From Nostoc sp. (GTDB lineage: Bacteria > Cyanobacteriota > Cyanobacteriia > Cyanobacteriales > Nostocaceae): a stretch of 64,000 nt of DNA. This document shows, one piece after another, positions 30,771 to 41,314 of this stretch. The stretch's first letter is position 1; each line of letters starts with the position of its first letter. The notes beneath the pieces are model-generated. The model did no database searches. It worked only from the letters and a program-made list of their open reading frames with translations, and had not been told where the DNA came from. Both the position numbers and the translations under genes were made by a program. Location of the stretch: positions 32,001 through 96,000 of the forward strand of contig JBALDB010000053.1 of the NCBI GenBank assembly GCA_036918135.1. Direction: 5' to 3'.

Positions 30771-31502
30771 ATGAACAGCGATAATTTACCAAATTATACA
30801 ATTTTAGAACTTCAAGAACTTGATGTAAATTATGGCGGTATTCAAGCTCTGAAGAAAATTAATTTAAGTATTAAAAAAGGAGAGGTAGTTAGTTTAATTG
30901 GTGCTAATGGTGCTGGGAAAACTACTACACTCCGGGCTATATCTAAAATTGTTAATCCTAAAAGCGGTGCAATTATCTATGATGGACGAAATATTACCCG
31001 CCGCCAAGCTCATGAAGTTGTACAACTTGGTATTGCTCATTGTCCAGAAGGACGCAGAGTATTAGCGCGCCAAACAGTATTTGATAACTTACTTTTGGGT
31101 GCTTATATTCGCTCCAATCAAGCAGAGATTAAAGCAGATATTGGGCGGCAATTTGAGCAATTTCCCCGATTGTCGCAAAGACGCAATCAACTAGCAGGAA
31201 CCTTGAGCGGTGGCGAACAACAAATGTTAGCGATCGCTCGCGCTTTAATGAGTAAACCAAAACTCTTACTTTTAGATGAACCTAGCTTAGGTTTAGCACC
31301 GGCGATCGTCCGGGAAATTTTCTCAATTATTGAAAATTTGCGGGCTACTGGCGTGACTATTTTATTAGTCGAACAAAACGCCAATCTGGCTTTACAAATT
31401 GCCGATCGCGGATATGTTTTAGAAGCTGGTTCTATCACTTTAACAGGTGCAGCATCAGAGTTAATTAGCGATGAGCGAGTTAAAAAGGCTTATTTAGGCT
31501 GA
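30771..31502 (+). CDS. Branched-chain amino acid ABC transporter ATPase (LivF-like)
   Basis: GANGAGKTT, LSGGEQQMLA, LDEPSLGLAP, VEQNA. Confidence 0.92.
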   Translation: MNSDNLPNYTILELQELDVNYGGIQALKKINLSIKKGEVVSLIGANGAGKTTTLRAISKIVNPKSGAIIYDGRNITRRQAHEVVQLGIAHCPEGRRVLARQTVFDNLLLGAYIRSNQAEIKADIGRQFEQFPRLSQRRNQLAGTLSGGEQQMLAIARALMSKPKLLLLDEPSLGLAPAIVREIFSIIENLRATGVTILLVEQNANLALQIADRGYVLEAGSITLTGAASELISDERVKKAYLG

Positions 31503-31626
31503 TTAATTAAATTTGGAGGCAGGGGGCAGGAGGCAGGAGGTAAAACTATTGCTAACTCTAGCATTCACCCTTTCCAAGTGTCCTAAAGAGTGTGACTACG
31601 GCTATAATTACGAATTAGTATCAATC

Positions 31627-32529
31627 TCATCTCCTACCTTGACAAAACTCATCTACCCAAGAAGCTGCACTCCGAGCATTGGTGCTTGGGAATACATTAA
31701 CTTTGCTTTTAATCTCTTGTAATGGTGTGTTAGGATGCTTGGTACTTTTGGGAACTTCAGTAGTAATTGCGAGCGATCGCACCGATTTACCATTATTAGA
31801 AATCTCTGTAGTAATTGCGAGCGATCGCAGTGGTCTGCTATTACTAGATTTAGTCGCTAATGCCACAGCTGGCATAGTTTTGGCTTTGCTGTTTACCTGG
31901 GATGTAATTGTCAGCGTTCCTCCAGAAGCTAACTGTTCAAGGGGTGATTGTAGTGGTTTATCTTCCCATGAACCGGAGTCTGACTCGACTGAATCTAACG
32001 CTTTTAGAGAACTATTGGAAGTAACCTGAGTAATAACTGCAACTAATGTCCCAGGTATATGTGTAGGAGCTATTTCGGTACTATCTGTAAATGATATTAC
32101 AGGTTGCTGTAAACGTGGTAAATCTGAGTGTAGCGTCTTCACAGGAGAATCAGACACAATCTTGGTAGTATTTAAAACCAACGGTACAGCTTGGCGATCG
32201 TGGGATTTATCCTCTAACGACTCACTTTCAACTTGGTTTTCTAATTTGATTAAACGTAACTCTTCATCGGGATTAAAGTTGAGGCCTAAAGCTGCGACTA
32301 TTTTATCGGGATTATTACTTAAATCCATGAGAAAAGTAAGTATCTCATCAAACTGCGGTTCCAAAACAGACAGCGTTGCTAAAATAAAACCAGACGAAGG
32401 ACGCCGCAAACCATTGTAAGTAGCCCAAATTCGGATTTTAACCAGCCAGGAAATATTTTGCTCGTAGTAATTCAGCCACTTGTGTTTTAAGGATTGACGC
32501 AGTTCCTGGATATTCATCGAATGCCTCAC
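31627..32529 (-). CDS. DUF5331-like cyanobacterial protein (likely start 32517)
   Basis: LRQSLK.KWL.YYEQN...RRPSSGFILATLS...LGLNFNP; C-terminal ASWVDEFCQG. Confidence 0.7.
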   Translation of the reverse strand: MRHSMNIQELRQSLKHKWLNYYEQNISWLVKIRIWATYNGLRRPSSGFILATLSVLEPQFDEILTFLMDLSNNPDKIVAALGLNFNPDEELRLIKLENQVESESLEDKSHDRQAVPLVLNTTKIVSDSPVKTLHSDLPRLQQPVISFTDSTEIAPTHIPGTLVAVITQVTSNSSLKALDSVESDSGSWEDKPLQSPLEQLASGGTLTITSQVNSKAKTMPAVALATKSSNSRPLRSLAITTEISNNGKSVRSLAITTEVPKSTKHPNTPLQEIKSKVNVFPSTNARSAASWVDEFCQGRR

Positions 32530-32693
32530 TTATGTCAAACAATTTTGAATAAAAGGATTTTAGATTTTCGATTCACCCTACCGATAAATAGATACAGCAG
32601 GAGGACTAAAAGACACTTGATGACTCGCTAACGCTAGATTATCGGCAATCTAAAATCTCAAATTGACACTTAACAACAGTGCAGACTTGATTT

Positions 32694-33017
32694 TTAGGAA
32701 TGGAATCGATAATAGAGCATCTGTTCGACTCTTTGACCACCTAACAAATGCTGTTCTACCAGTAGAGAGACTTCATCGGGCTGAACGCCACTATACCAGA
32801 CCATATCGGGTAATACTAGTACCATCGGCCCGTTGCCACATTGTCCCAAACAGCTGCTAGCTGTTATTGTTACCCCAGGAATTGACAAAGCTGTGAAAGC
32901 TGCTAAGACTTTAGCAGCGCCTTGCTTTTTACAAGTACGATTTTGACAAACCCGCACGCATCTAGGAGAAGAGGGTTGGTCTATTATGGAATTTGATGAT
33001 TGAGTAATGTTTGTCAT
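32694..33017 (-). CDS. Thioredoxin-like [2Fe-2S] ferredoxin
   Basis: VCQNRTC, CLGQCGNGP, WYSGV. Confidence 0.88.
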   Translation of the reverse strand: MTNITQSSNSIIDQPSSPRCVRVCQNRTCKKQGAAKVLAAFTALSIPGVTITASSCLGQCGNGPMVLVLPDMVWYSGVQPDEVSLLVEQHLLGGQRVEQMLYYRFHS

Positions 33018-33121
33018 TTGTCATGTGTCCTTAGTCACTTGTACTCAGGGACTTGTGCCGAGCAAAGCCGAGGTATTAGTCATTTGTTCTTTGTCGTTTC
33101 TCAAAAGCCAGAAGCTAATAA

Positions 33122-34096
33122 CTAACCTATTGAAAGTCCTTTTGAGGCTAACCATTCGCGGTTGAATATCCGCGACTGATATCGGGAACCGCTATCACAT
33201 AAAATAGTGACGATGGTATGTCCTGGGCCTAACTCCTTCGCTATGGCAACAGCTGCGCCAACATTGATACCCGTTGAACCACCCATTAACAAGCCATCTT
33301 TCCTCAGCAATTGGTAAACTACCCGTAAAGCTTCTTCGTCATCGATTTGGATGGCGTCATCCGCAGGTGCGCCTTCCATATTGGCTGTGACACGACCATT
33401 ACCGATGCCTTCGGTGATGGAATTTCCTTCTATTTTGATTTCGCCAGTTTTGACATAGCTGTAAAGTCCACTACCTAAAGGATCGGCAACAACACATTTA
33501 ATTGCTGGATTTTGTTCTTTTAAGTACAACGCCACACCAGCAAAAGTACCACCAGTACCAGTTGCAGCTGTCCATACATCTATTTTACCAGCTGTCTGCG
33601 CCCAAATTTCTGGGCCTGTGGTTTCGTAGTGGGCACGGCGGTTGGCTAAATTATCAAACTGATTTGCCCAAATGGCGTTTTCTAATTCTGCGGCTACTCT
33701 ACCAGATAGCTTGACGTAGTTATTTGGGTCTTTATAAGGTACAGCAGGAACGGGACGAACTTCTGCTCCTAAGGCTATAAGGGCGTCTATCTTTTCTTGT
33801 GATTGAGTATCCGGGATAATAATTAGACATTTGTATCCTTTAGCGTTGCAAATATGCGCTAGTCCAATGCCAGTATTACCAGCAGTTCCTTCGACAACGG
33901 TACCACCGGATTTGAGTAAACCTTTCTCTTCTGCGTCTTCGATGATGTAAAGTGCAGCGCGGTCTTTGACAGAACCACCAGGATTGAGAAATTCTGCTTT
34001 ACCAAGAATTTCGCACCCTGTTTCTTCACTGAAGCTGTTTAAGCGAATCAGAGGTGTGTTGCCAACAGCGCCGACAAAGCCATTTTTGATGTCCAT
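33122..34096 (-). CDS. cysK: Cysteine synthase A
   Basis: GNTPLI, KAEFLNPGGSVKDRAA, GTGGT, CDSGSRY. Confidence 0.93.
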   Translation of the reverse strand: MDIKNGFVGAVGNTPLIRLNSFSEETGCEILGKAEFLNPGGSVKDRAALYIIEDAEEKGLLKSGGTVVEGTAGNTGIGLAHICNAKGYKCLIIIPDTQSQEKIDALIALGAEVRPVPAVPYKDPNNYVKLSGRVAAELENAIWANQFDNLANRRAHYETTGPEIWAQTAGKIDVWTAATGTGGTFAGVALYLKEQNPAIKCVVADPLGSGLYSYVKTGEIKIEGNSITEGIGNGRVTANMEGAPADDAIQIDDEEALRVVYQLLRKDGLLMGGSTGINVGAAVAIAKELGPGHTIVTILCDSGSRYQSRIFNREWLASKGLSIG

Positions 34097-34535
34097 TTTG
34101 ACTGTACCTTTGTTTTCTCCTATAAAAATTTTGGCTTATAAGCAGTGGGATGATTAACAGCTGATTTGCCTAAAATCTAACAATGTATAAGCCGGAGTGG
34201 TTGTCAAAGGTATCACCTCTAGTTTAAGAATTACACGCCACTTCATTAAATATCTCTCCTTGGTATGATTCTATTTTCCATAAATAACAATGCTGACTTG
34301 TATTACTTATTTTTACGCAAGTCATTCTTTTGGTGAGACAGTAATTTTTGTTTTGCCACAAATTTTCGGAAAGTGAATGCATTTTGTGGGAGCTAACTCC
34401 AGCTAATATTTAGCAAACAATGAAGATTAATTTAGTAATATTACTATAAATTATAAAATTATAAGTAAATTATAATACTTTAAATGTCTAGTTAACGGAT
34501 GCTGAGATTATTTGTCTGAAATGGAGTGAATAGCA

Positions 34536-34843
34536 ATAACATCTGAAAGCACTTGCCAAAAAGAACTCGAACTACGAAAACGAGAAGTTGAATTGCGACT
34601 TCGAGAAATGAAAGCTAAAATTTATACTGCTGGTTTGCTTTTTCATCAAACTATTAAGCATCAGCTAGAAAATTCTCACCTTGGATAAAAAACTAATTCT
34701 TGGTGGGAAGTTGTTTACTGTTGGTGTGATAGCGTTAGTTGCAGTCAAAATAGCCTCAGTACTAACTGGGTTTATCATTGTTGCTACGCTAGAGTGGTTA
34801 TCTTAATAAGTTATTTTTTGAATCCCAAAAAATCAATCCTTAA
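34536..34843 (+). pseudogene. Decayed small coiled-coil/two-TM membrane protein gene upstream of the dynamin
   Basis: Fragments (ATA)TSESTCQKELELRKREVELRLREMKAKIY..HQTIKHQ / KKLILGGKLFTVGVIALVAVKIASVLTGFIIVATLEWLS / KLFFESQK; ATA at the presumed start and several frameshifts. Confidence 0.6.
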
Positions 34844-34859
34844 TTCAGGTGTAACTATT

Positions 34860-36941
34860 ATGAACGAGCATGTAGCAACTGACAGATTTATCAAAGATTT
34901 AGAGCGTGTTGCTCAAGTGCGATTGGAAATTTCTGTATGTTTGAGTCAACTTGCTGAAATAATTGATAAAGCTGAGTTGGCTGGGGACTCTTCATCAGGA
35001 AAACTCAGTTTGGAACGAGATATTGATGATATTACAGTAGCTAGTAAAAACCTCCGCCAAGGTGTATTTCGCCTTTTAGTGTTGGGCGATATGAAACGGG
35101 GAAAAAGCACGTTTCTCAATGCCTTAATTGGAGAAAACTTATTACCAAGTGATGTTAACCCTTGTACCGCAGTTTTAACAGTTTTACGCTATGGATTAGA
35201 AAAGAAAGTTACGATTCATTTTAATGATGGTAAAAGTCCAGAACAATTAGATTTTCATAATTTTAAATATAAATATACCATCGAACCGGCTGAAGCAAAA
35301 AAACTAGAACAGGAGAAAAAGCAAGCATTTCCGAATGTTGATTACGCAGTAGTCGAATATCCCTTAACCTTACTAGAAAAAGGAATTGAAATTGTTGATA
35401 GTCCAGGATTGAATGATACAGAAGCGCGAAACGAGTTATCATTGGGCTATGTAAATAATTGCCATGCAATTTTATTTGTAATGAGAGCTTCTCAACCTTG
35501 TACCTTGGGCGAACGTCGGTATTTAGAAAATTATATCAAAGGTCGAGGATTGACAGTTTTCTTCTTAGTTAATGCTTGGGATCAGGTGAAGGAATCATTA
35601 ATCGATCCTGACGATGTAGAGGAGTTAAAAGCATCTGAAGATAGATTGCGTCAAGTATTTAAAGCGAATTTAGCAGAATATTGTTCTGTAGATGGCCAAA
35701 ATATTTATGACGAGCGCGTATTTGAGCTTTCATCCATTCAAGCACTCAGACGACGGCTGAAGAATCCCCAAGCTGATTTAGAGGGGACTGGCTTTCCAAA
35801 ATTTATGGAAGCGTTGAATACTTTTCTTACCAGAGAAAGAGCGATCGCAGAACTTCGTCAAATCAGAACCTTAGCTAGACAAGCTGTTAATCACACCCGC
35901 GAAGCTGTTGCCAGAAGAATACCATTACTCGACCAAAATGTAAATGAATTGAAAAAACGAATTGATTCAGTAGAACCGGAGTTTAACAAACTTACTAATA
36001 TTCGGGATCAATTTCAAAAAGAAATTCTCAACACCAGAGATACTCAAGCAAGAACTATTTCTGAATCCTTCCGCAGCTATGTTTTAAACTTAGGTAATAC
36101 CTTTGAAAATGATTTTTTACGCTATCAACCAGAATTAAATTTGTTCGATTTTCTCAGTAGTGGTAAACGCGAAGCCTTTAACGCTGCATTGCAAAAAGCA
36201 TTTGAGCAATATATCACTGACAAATCTGCTGCTTGGACATTAAGCGCCCAAAAAGATATCAATGCAGCTTTTAAAGAACTTTCTCACAGTGCTGCACAAT
36301 ATGGTGCATCTTACAGTCAAGTAACAGACAAAATCACGGAAAAAATTACGGGACAAAATATCAAAGTCAATACCACTACCACTACTGAAGATGATAACTC
36401 ACCCGCTTGGGCAAAATGGGCAATGGGATTGTTATCACTATCTAAGGGAAATCTTGCTGGTGTCGCACTAGCTGGAAGTGGATTTGATTGGAAAAATATT
36501 TTGTTAAATTACTTCACCGTAATTGGTATTGGCGGGATAATTACAGCCGTGACAGGGGTTTTTCTCGGGCCTATTGGGTTTGCGCTGCTAGGTTTGGGAG
36601 TAGGCTTTTTGCAAGCAGATCAAGCGCGTAAAGAGTTAGTGAAAACGGCTAAAAAAGAGTTAGTTAAATATCTACCTCAAGTAGCGCAGGAGCAATCTCA
36701 AGTTGTATACAATGCGGTGAAAGAGTGTTTTGACTCTTACGAAAGAGAGGTAAATAAGCGGATTAACGATGATATTATTTCTCGTAAATCTGAATTGGAT
36801 AATTTAGTTAAGCAGAAAGAAACCAGGGAAATTAATCGTGAGAGTGAGTTAAAAAGGTTAAAAAGTTTACAAGAAGATGTAATAGCTCAGTTGCAAAAAA
36901 TTGAAGCAGCGTATAGTAATTTATTAGCTTACTATAGCTGA
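34860..36941 (+). CDS. Bacterial dynamin-like protein (BDLP1 orthologue)
   Basis: GDMKRGKS, PCT, DSPG, NAWD and hydrophobic paddle; closely matches N. punctiforme BDLP as recalled. Confidence 0.95.
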   Translation: MNEHVATDRFIKDLERVAQVRLEISVCLSQLAEIIDKAELAGDSSSGKLSLERDIDDITVASKNLRQGVFRLLVLGDMKRGKSTFLNALIGENLLPSDVNPCTAVLTVLRYGLEKKVTIHFNDGKSPEQLDFHNFKYKYTIEPAEAKKLEQEKKQAFPNVDYAVVEYPLTLLEKGIEIVDSPGLNDTEARNELSLGYVNNCHAILFVMRASQPCTLGERRYLENYIKGRGLTVFFLVNAWDQVKESLIDPDDVEELKASEDRLRQVFKANLAEYCSVDGQNIYDERVFELSSIQALRRRLKNPQADLEGTGFPKFMEALNTFLTRERAIAELRQIRTLARQAVNHTREAVARRIPLLDQNVNELKKRIDSVEPEFNKLTNIRDQFQKEILNTRDTQARTISESFRSYVLNLGNTFENDFLRYQPELNLFDFLSSGKREAFNAALQKAFEQYITDKSAAWTLSAQKDINAAFKELSHSAAQYGASYSQVTDKITEKITGQNIKVNTTTTTEDDNSPAWAKWAMGLLSLSKGNLAGVALAGSGFDWKNILLNYFTVIGIGGIITAVTGVFLGPIGFALLGLGVGFLQADQARKELVKTAKKELVKYLPQVAQEQSQVVYNAVKECFDSYEREVNKRINDDIISRKSELDNLVKQKETREINRESELKRLKSLQEDVIAQLQKIEAAYSNLLAYYS

Positions 36942-37144
36942 GATAAAGCTATACATCTATTAGTAGATAGCCAAATATTACTCAGGAGTTTAAAATTAAT
37001 ACTAATGTGTTTATGATTAAGTGGCACATTAGTATTAGTTTTTAATATTTTTTATCTGGAGATATCTTACATATTTGCAATTTTGGATATTTATGTGGGA
37101 ATAATAAGTTTATAGTTCTTATATAATAGCAATAAATTTATCAA

Positions 37145-39007
37145 ATGGACTGGATAACTTTACTCAAAGAACAGCAATTTGATTTCATTGAAAGATTGAA
37201 ATCTGAATATCTTCTTAATTGCAAGATAAAAGGTCAACATAGTGAATTGACAGTTATTTCTGGTGAACATTTAGAGCAATTACGAGACTTTTGCTGGGAA
37301 ATGGTTAGAAAGTATGGATCAAAAGACCCAAAAAATTGCTTTATTAATAATATGAAGGGAAAGTTAGCAGAGGAAGTTATTAAAACTCGTTTATCTGATT
37401 TGGTTACTGAAGTTGACTATCAAACAACAATCAATGGTGATGGTAAAATTGATTTTACACTCAATGCTGATTCATCTATTGGTATCCAGGTTAAAGCACG
37501 TCACGGTAATTTTGATACTGTTCAATGGTCAATAACTAAAGAAGAAATTAATAAAAATGCTGTTTTAGTTTGTGTTTTAATTCAAGAAAAAGTTAGTGAG
37601 GCACAATCAGTTTATAATCTAATTTCAGGTGGTTTTATTCCAACTAATATGATTATCTTAAACAATAATATAGGCATTATAAATATAAAAAGTTTGCTAT
37701 ATTTTGGAGGTTTATATAGCTATTTAGATAATTTAATATCATCTCAAAATAATACTAAAGTAAAACCAAAAAATGAAGTATATAAAACTTATATAAATGA
37801 GTATGCAAATGATTATAAAAATAATTAATTTGCAAAGTTAGCTTTTGAATATTTCAATCTTGCTAGTTCTTACTACAAACAAAATCAATATGAAAATGCA
37901 ATTACTTACTATAATCAAGCATTGGACTTAAATCCATACTTCTTAGATTGTTACTTCTACCGAGGTATATCTTTTTATGAAATTAAAGACTATGAAAAAG
38001 CAATTAGAGATTTTAATACTATTATTTTAATTAATTCAAATGAACATAAAGCATATAGTAATAGAGGTCTTGCTCTTTTTGCTATCAATAATATAAACGA
38101 AGCAATTCAAGATTTTACAAATTCTATAAGTATTCTGACGAGCCAAACTGCTCTAGCTTATTATTATCGAGGTATTACTTATAATGCTATTGGAAAAAAT
38201 AAGCAAGCAATTGCAGATTATACCCAGTCGATTAAAATAAATTCCAATTTTTATATGTCTTATTTAGAACGAGGTATTGCTCGTTCTACTATTAGAGATA
38301 GACAAGGAGCAATTGATGACTATAGTCAAGCAATTAAGATTAATCCTAAATCTGATATTGCATATTTTCTACGGGGTGTCAACTATTTTAATGTAGGATA
38401 TAATACGAATGCAATTTATGATTATAATCAAGCTATTAATATTAACAATAAAAATGATGATTATTATTTACATCGTGGTTATGCCCGTTATGCAATAGGA
38501 GATAAAGAAGGCTCACTTGAAGATTATACACATGCTATTAGTATAAATAATAATCTAGAAGTAGCTTTTACAAAGCGTGGTACTATTCGTTATAAAATGG
38601 GCGATATTAAAGGTGCAATAAATGATTATACTTCAGCAATAAGTATTAACAAACAAAATGGTATAACTTATTTTAATCGAAGCTTTTGTTATTATAAAAT
38701 TAATAATATTAAAGAAGCAATTGATGACTATAATCAAGCATTAAAGCTAAGTTATAAGCTAATTAACTCCAAACAAGCTCGTAAATTGAAAGAATTATTA
38801 TATCCACCCAATAAGTTAGAATTAACAAAAACTAATAATTTAGAATTGATAAATCATTATCATGATGAAAATGAAGACGAACCTAATGAAATTTATGTTC
38901 ATAATGACTATTCAGAATACGAGGATAGGCAATTAGATTATGGCTATTTAGAAGATTTAGATAATGACGATTATTACTATTATTTTAAAGGATGCAGAGA
39001 ACTATAA
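37145..39007 (+). pseudogene. PD-(D/E)xK-like nuclease domain plus TPR array, interrupted by one in-frame TAA at 37826-37828
   Basis: ORFs 37145-37828 and 37922-39007 share a frame; the gap translates as a TPR (FEYFNLASSYYKQNQYENAITYYNQAL); N-domain GKLAEE..DGKIDF..IQVK. Confidence 0.8.
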
Positions 39008-39057
39008 AAAGTTTTTTCAATCCTTTTAAAAAACGTAAGTATTCAGTAGAGATAAAT

Positions 39058-41235
39058 ATGATTTTAGATTATAAAATTTATAAATATTTAGTAGATTCTT
39101 TTAAAGCTGCATCTATGTTACTAAATTTAGAACGTAAATCACAACTGCATCAAGATGTGATTTCTATCTGCAATTATTTAATTAATCCTAGTTTTCGGAT
39201 TGCGGTATTTGGGCCTTTTAATCATGGTAAATCTACATTATTAAATGCTATTTTGGGGAATCGCACGTTACCCATTGATTTAATTCCTACAACAGGTGCA
39301 GCAATTACTGTTAAATATGGTACTGATGTCCAGACTCGTATTATGTTGGTAGATGGTACAGAAATTTACCGTAGTGGGACAGAAGTTTTACAGCAATTTG
39401 CTATTTTGGATGGTAATAGACAGATGCGAAAAGATGTAGCATCTGTAGAAGTTTTTTGTCCCCATCCCTTTTTAGAAACGGGTGTAGAATTTCTCGATTT
39501 ACCAGGAACTAATGATAGAGAAGAACAAGATAATTTAGTACGAGAACAACTTTTAAGTGCAGATTTAGTTATCCAATTATTAGATGCACGCAAGTTAATG
39601 ACTTTGGGTGAACGAGAAAGTTTGCGAGATTGGCTATTAGACCGAGGGATTAAAACAGTTATTTTTGTTGCCAATTTTATGAATTTACTCGAACTTGAAG
39701 AACAAAAACAAGTACAAAACCGCTTGCTGTTTGTTGCGGAAAGTTTTCGAGCCGAATTACCTCCAGGTTTTAGTAATTTATATCGTGTTGATGCTTTACC
39801 CGCCTTACGAGCTAGATTAAAAGGCGATGTCGCAGAAGCTAATAGTAGCGGTTTGGTAGCTTTTGAAACGGCTTTACAAAATATTGTGGGGATTTTACAG
39901 CAAAATCGTGGTAGTGTACGTTTGCCAAGAGTAGAGGCGAGCGCTACTCAAATTCAACTATTATTAAAAGCAAAAATTGACCCACTCGCTAATGAAGTAA
40001 AATCATTTGTTGATAAACGAAATACCAAAATTGAAATCAAAGAAAAAGCTGTTAATTTGATTAAACAAGGCTTTGCTACTAGTATTTCCGAATTACGTGA
40101 TTGGTTAACTTTAGCTAATCTGCTGACAAAATATCAAGCTGACGGTGCAGTTGCGCTCGCAGAAAATAACTTTAAATCATGGGAAAATACTCTCAAAAAA
40201 GACCTGAATCAATTACAAATAGCTACAGTGAAATGGCTTTATCAAGCTCACGAATTTTTTCAAGCAGAAAGACCAGAAGATTTATTAATTCCCTTTCCTA
40301 GCGAGCCTCAAATCACATTACCTCCCAAGCCAACTAATAATGATTTGATTGAACCTGGTTCCATCGCAGTTGGTGGTGGTATTGGTTGGTTGTTGGGAGG
40401 GCCTGTGGGGGCTGCTGTCGTTGGCAGTATTTCTTATTTATTAAATAAAAATATTCAAGAACAAGAAGAAAAATCAGCTAATGAATCTTATCATCGGCAA
40501 GTTGCTAAACTTTGTATAGCTGCAACAGAAGATTATTTGTCTGGTTTTAGTAGTCAAGGATTAGCAATTTTGGCTGTATATGAACAAAAAGCTGAAAAAG
40601 TAATTTACTTGGAAATCAGCCAAGAACCTTTAGAAATTACTAATAAACGTGAAGAGTTACAACAGTTACAAAATACTTTTAATCAGTTGTTACGAGAGTT
40701 AGAAAAGGTAAAAATTCCTGTAAATTATCAACCTTATCAACAAATCCCCAAATCCAAAACTATCAATAATCGATATTCCTCACAACCAGAGAAAGTTAAA
40801 GATTCTCCCCAAGCCCAGACAAAAGTAGAGTCTCCTCGTCAGCAAGTTTCTCCACTACCAAAAACTTCTGCTTCTCCACGTCCAGAAGAAGTGGAGGCGA
40901 AATTTTATAACTGGGAACTTGATGAGGAAATAGCACGAATGAAAGCAGAAATGCGAGCGTCTGGTTCTCAAACTAGCAAACAGCAAAATACAACTCCAAG
41001 AAATCAAGCTCAAAATCTCCCCCAAACCCAGGCACAAAAGGATAAAATTACTCGCGCATACAGTATTTTAGAATTACAACCCAATGCTTCTTTAACTGAG
41101 CTAAAGCAAGCTTATCGAACTTTAGTAAAAAAATGGCATCCAGATTTATTTGTTGGTAAGCCGGAACTCCAAAAACAAGCACAAGAAAAAATGCACTTAG
41201 TTAATGAAGCTTACACAATTTTGACTGAAAATTAA
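39058..41235 (+). CDS. Dynamin-like GTPase with C-terminal DnaJ J-domain
   Basis: GPFNHGKS, PTT, DLPG; GGPVGAAVVG paddle; AYSILEL...LKQAYRTLVKKWHPD...VNEAY. Confidence 0.9.
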   Translation: MILDYKIYKYLVDSFKAASMLLNLERKSQLHQDVISICNYLINPSFRIAVFGPFNHGKSTLLNAILGNRTLPIDLIPTTGAAITVKYGTDVQTRIMLVDGTEIYRSGTEVLQQFAILDGNRQMRKDVASVEVFCPHPFLETGVEFLDLPGTNDREEQDNLVREQLLSADLVIQLLDARKLMTLGERESLRDWLLDRGIKTVIFVANFMNLLELEEQKQVQNRLLFVAESFRAELPPGFSNLYRVDALPALRARLKGDVAEANSSGLVAFETALQNIVGILQQNRGSVRLPRVEASATQIQLLLKAKIDPLANEVKSFVDKRNTKIEIKEKAVNLIKQGFATSISELRDWLTLANLLTKYQADGAVALAENNFKSWENTLKKDLNQLQIATVKWLYQAHEFFQAERPEDLLIPFPSEPQITLPPKPTNNDLIEPGSIAVGGGIGWLLGGPVGAAVVGSISYLLNKNIQEQEEKSANESYHRQVAKLCIAATEDYLSGFSSQGLAILAVYEQKAEKVIYLEISQEPLEITNKREELQQLQNTFNQLLRELEKVKIPVNYQPYQQIPKSKTINNRYSSQPEKVKDSPQAQTKVESPRQQVSPLPKTSASPRPEEVEAKFYNWELDEEIARMKAEMRASGSQTSKQQNTTPRNQAQNLPQTQAQKDKITRAYSILELQPNASLTELKQAYRTLVKKWHPDLFVGKPELQKQAQEKMHLVNEAYTILTEN

Positions 41236-41249
41236 AAGGTTTTTTGAGA

Positions 41250-41266
41250 TTTCATCCTCATTTCAT
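41250..41266 (+). promoter_or_regulatory. CopR-type direct repeat TTTCAT-N5-TTTCAT
   Basis: tttcat-cctca-tttcat about 50 bp upstream of the DUF305/CopM-like gene. Confidence 0.7.
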
Positions 41267-41314
41267 TTTTGCCTGTACAGTTAACAAGTAAATATAGAAG
41301 AATGAAACTGTTGG

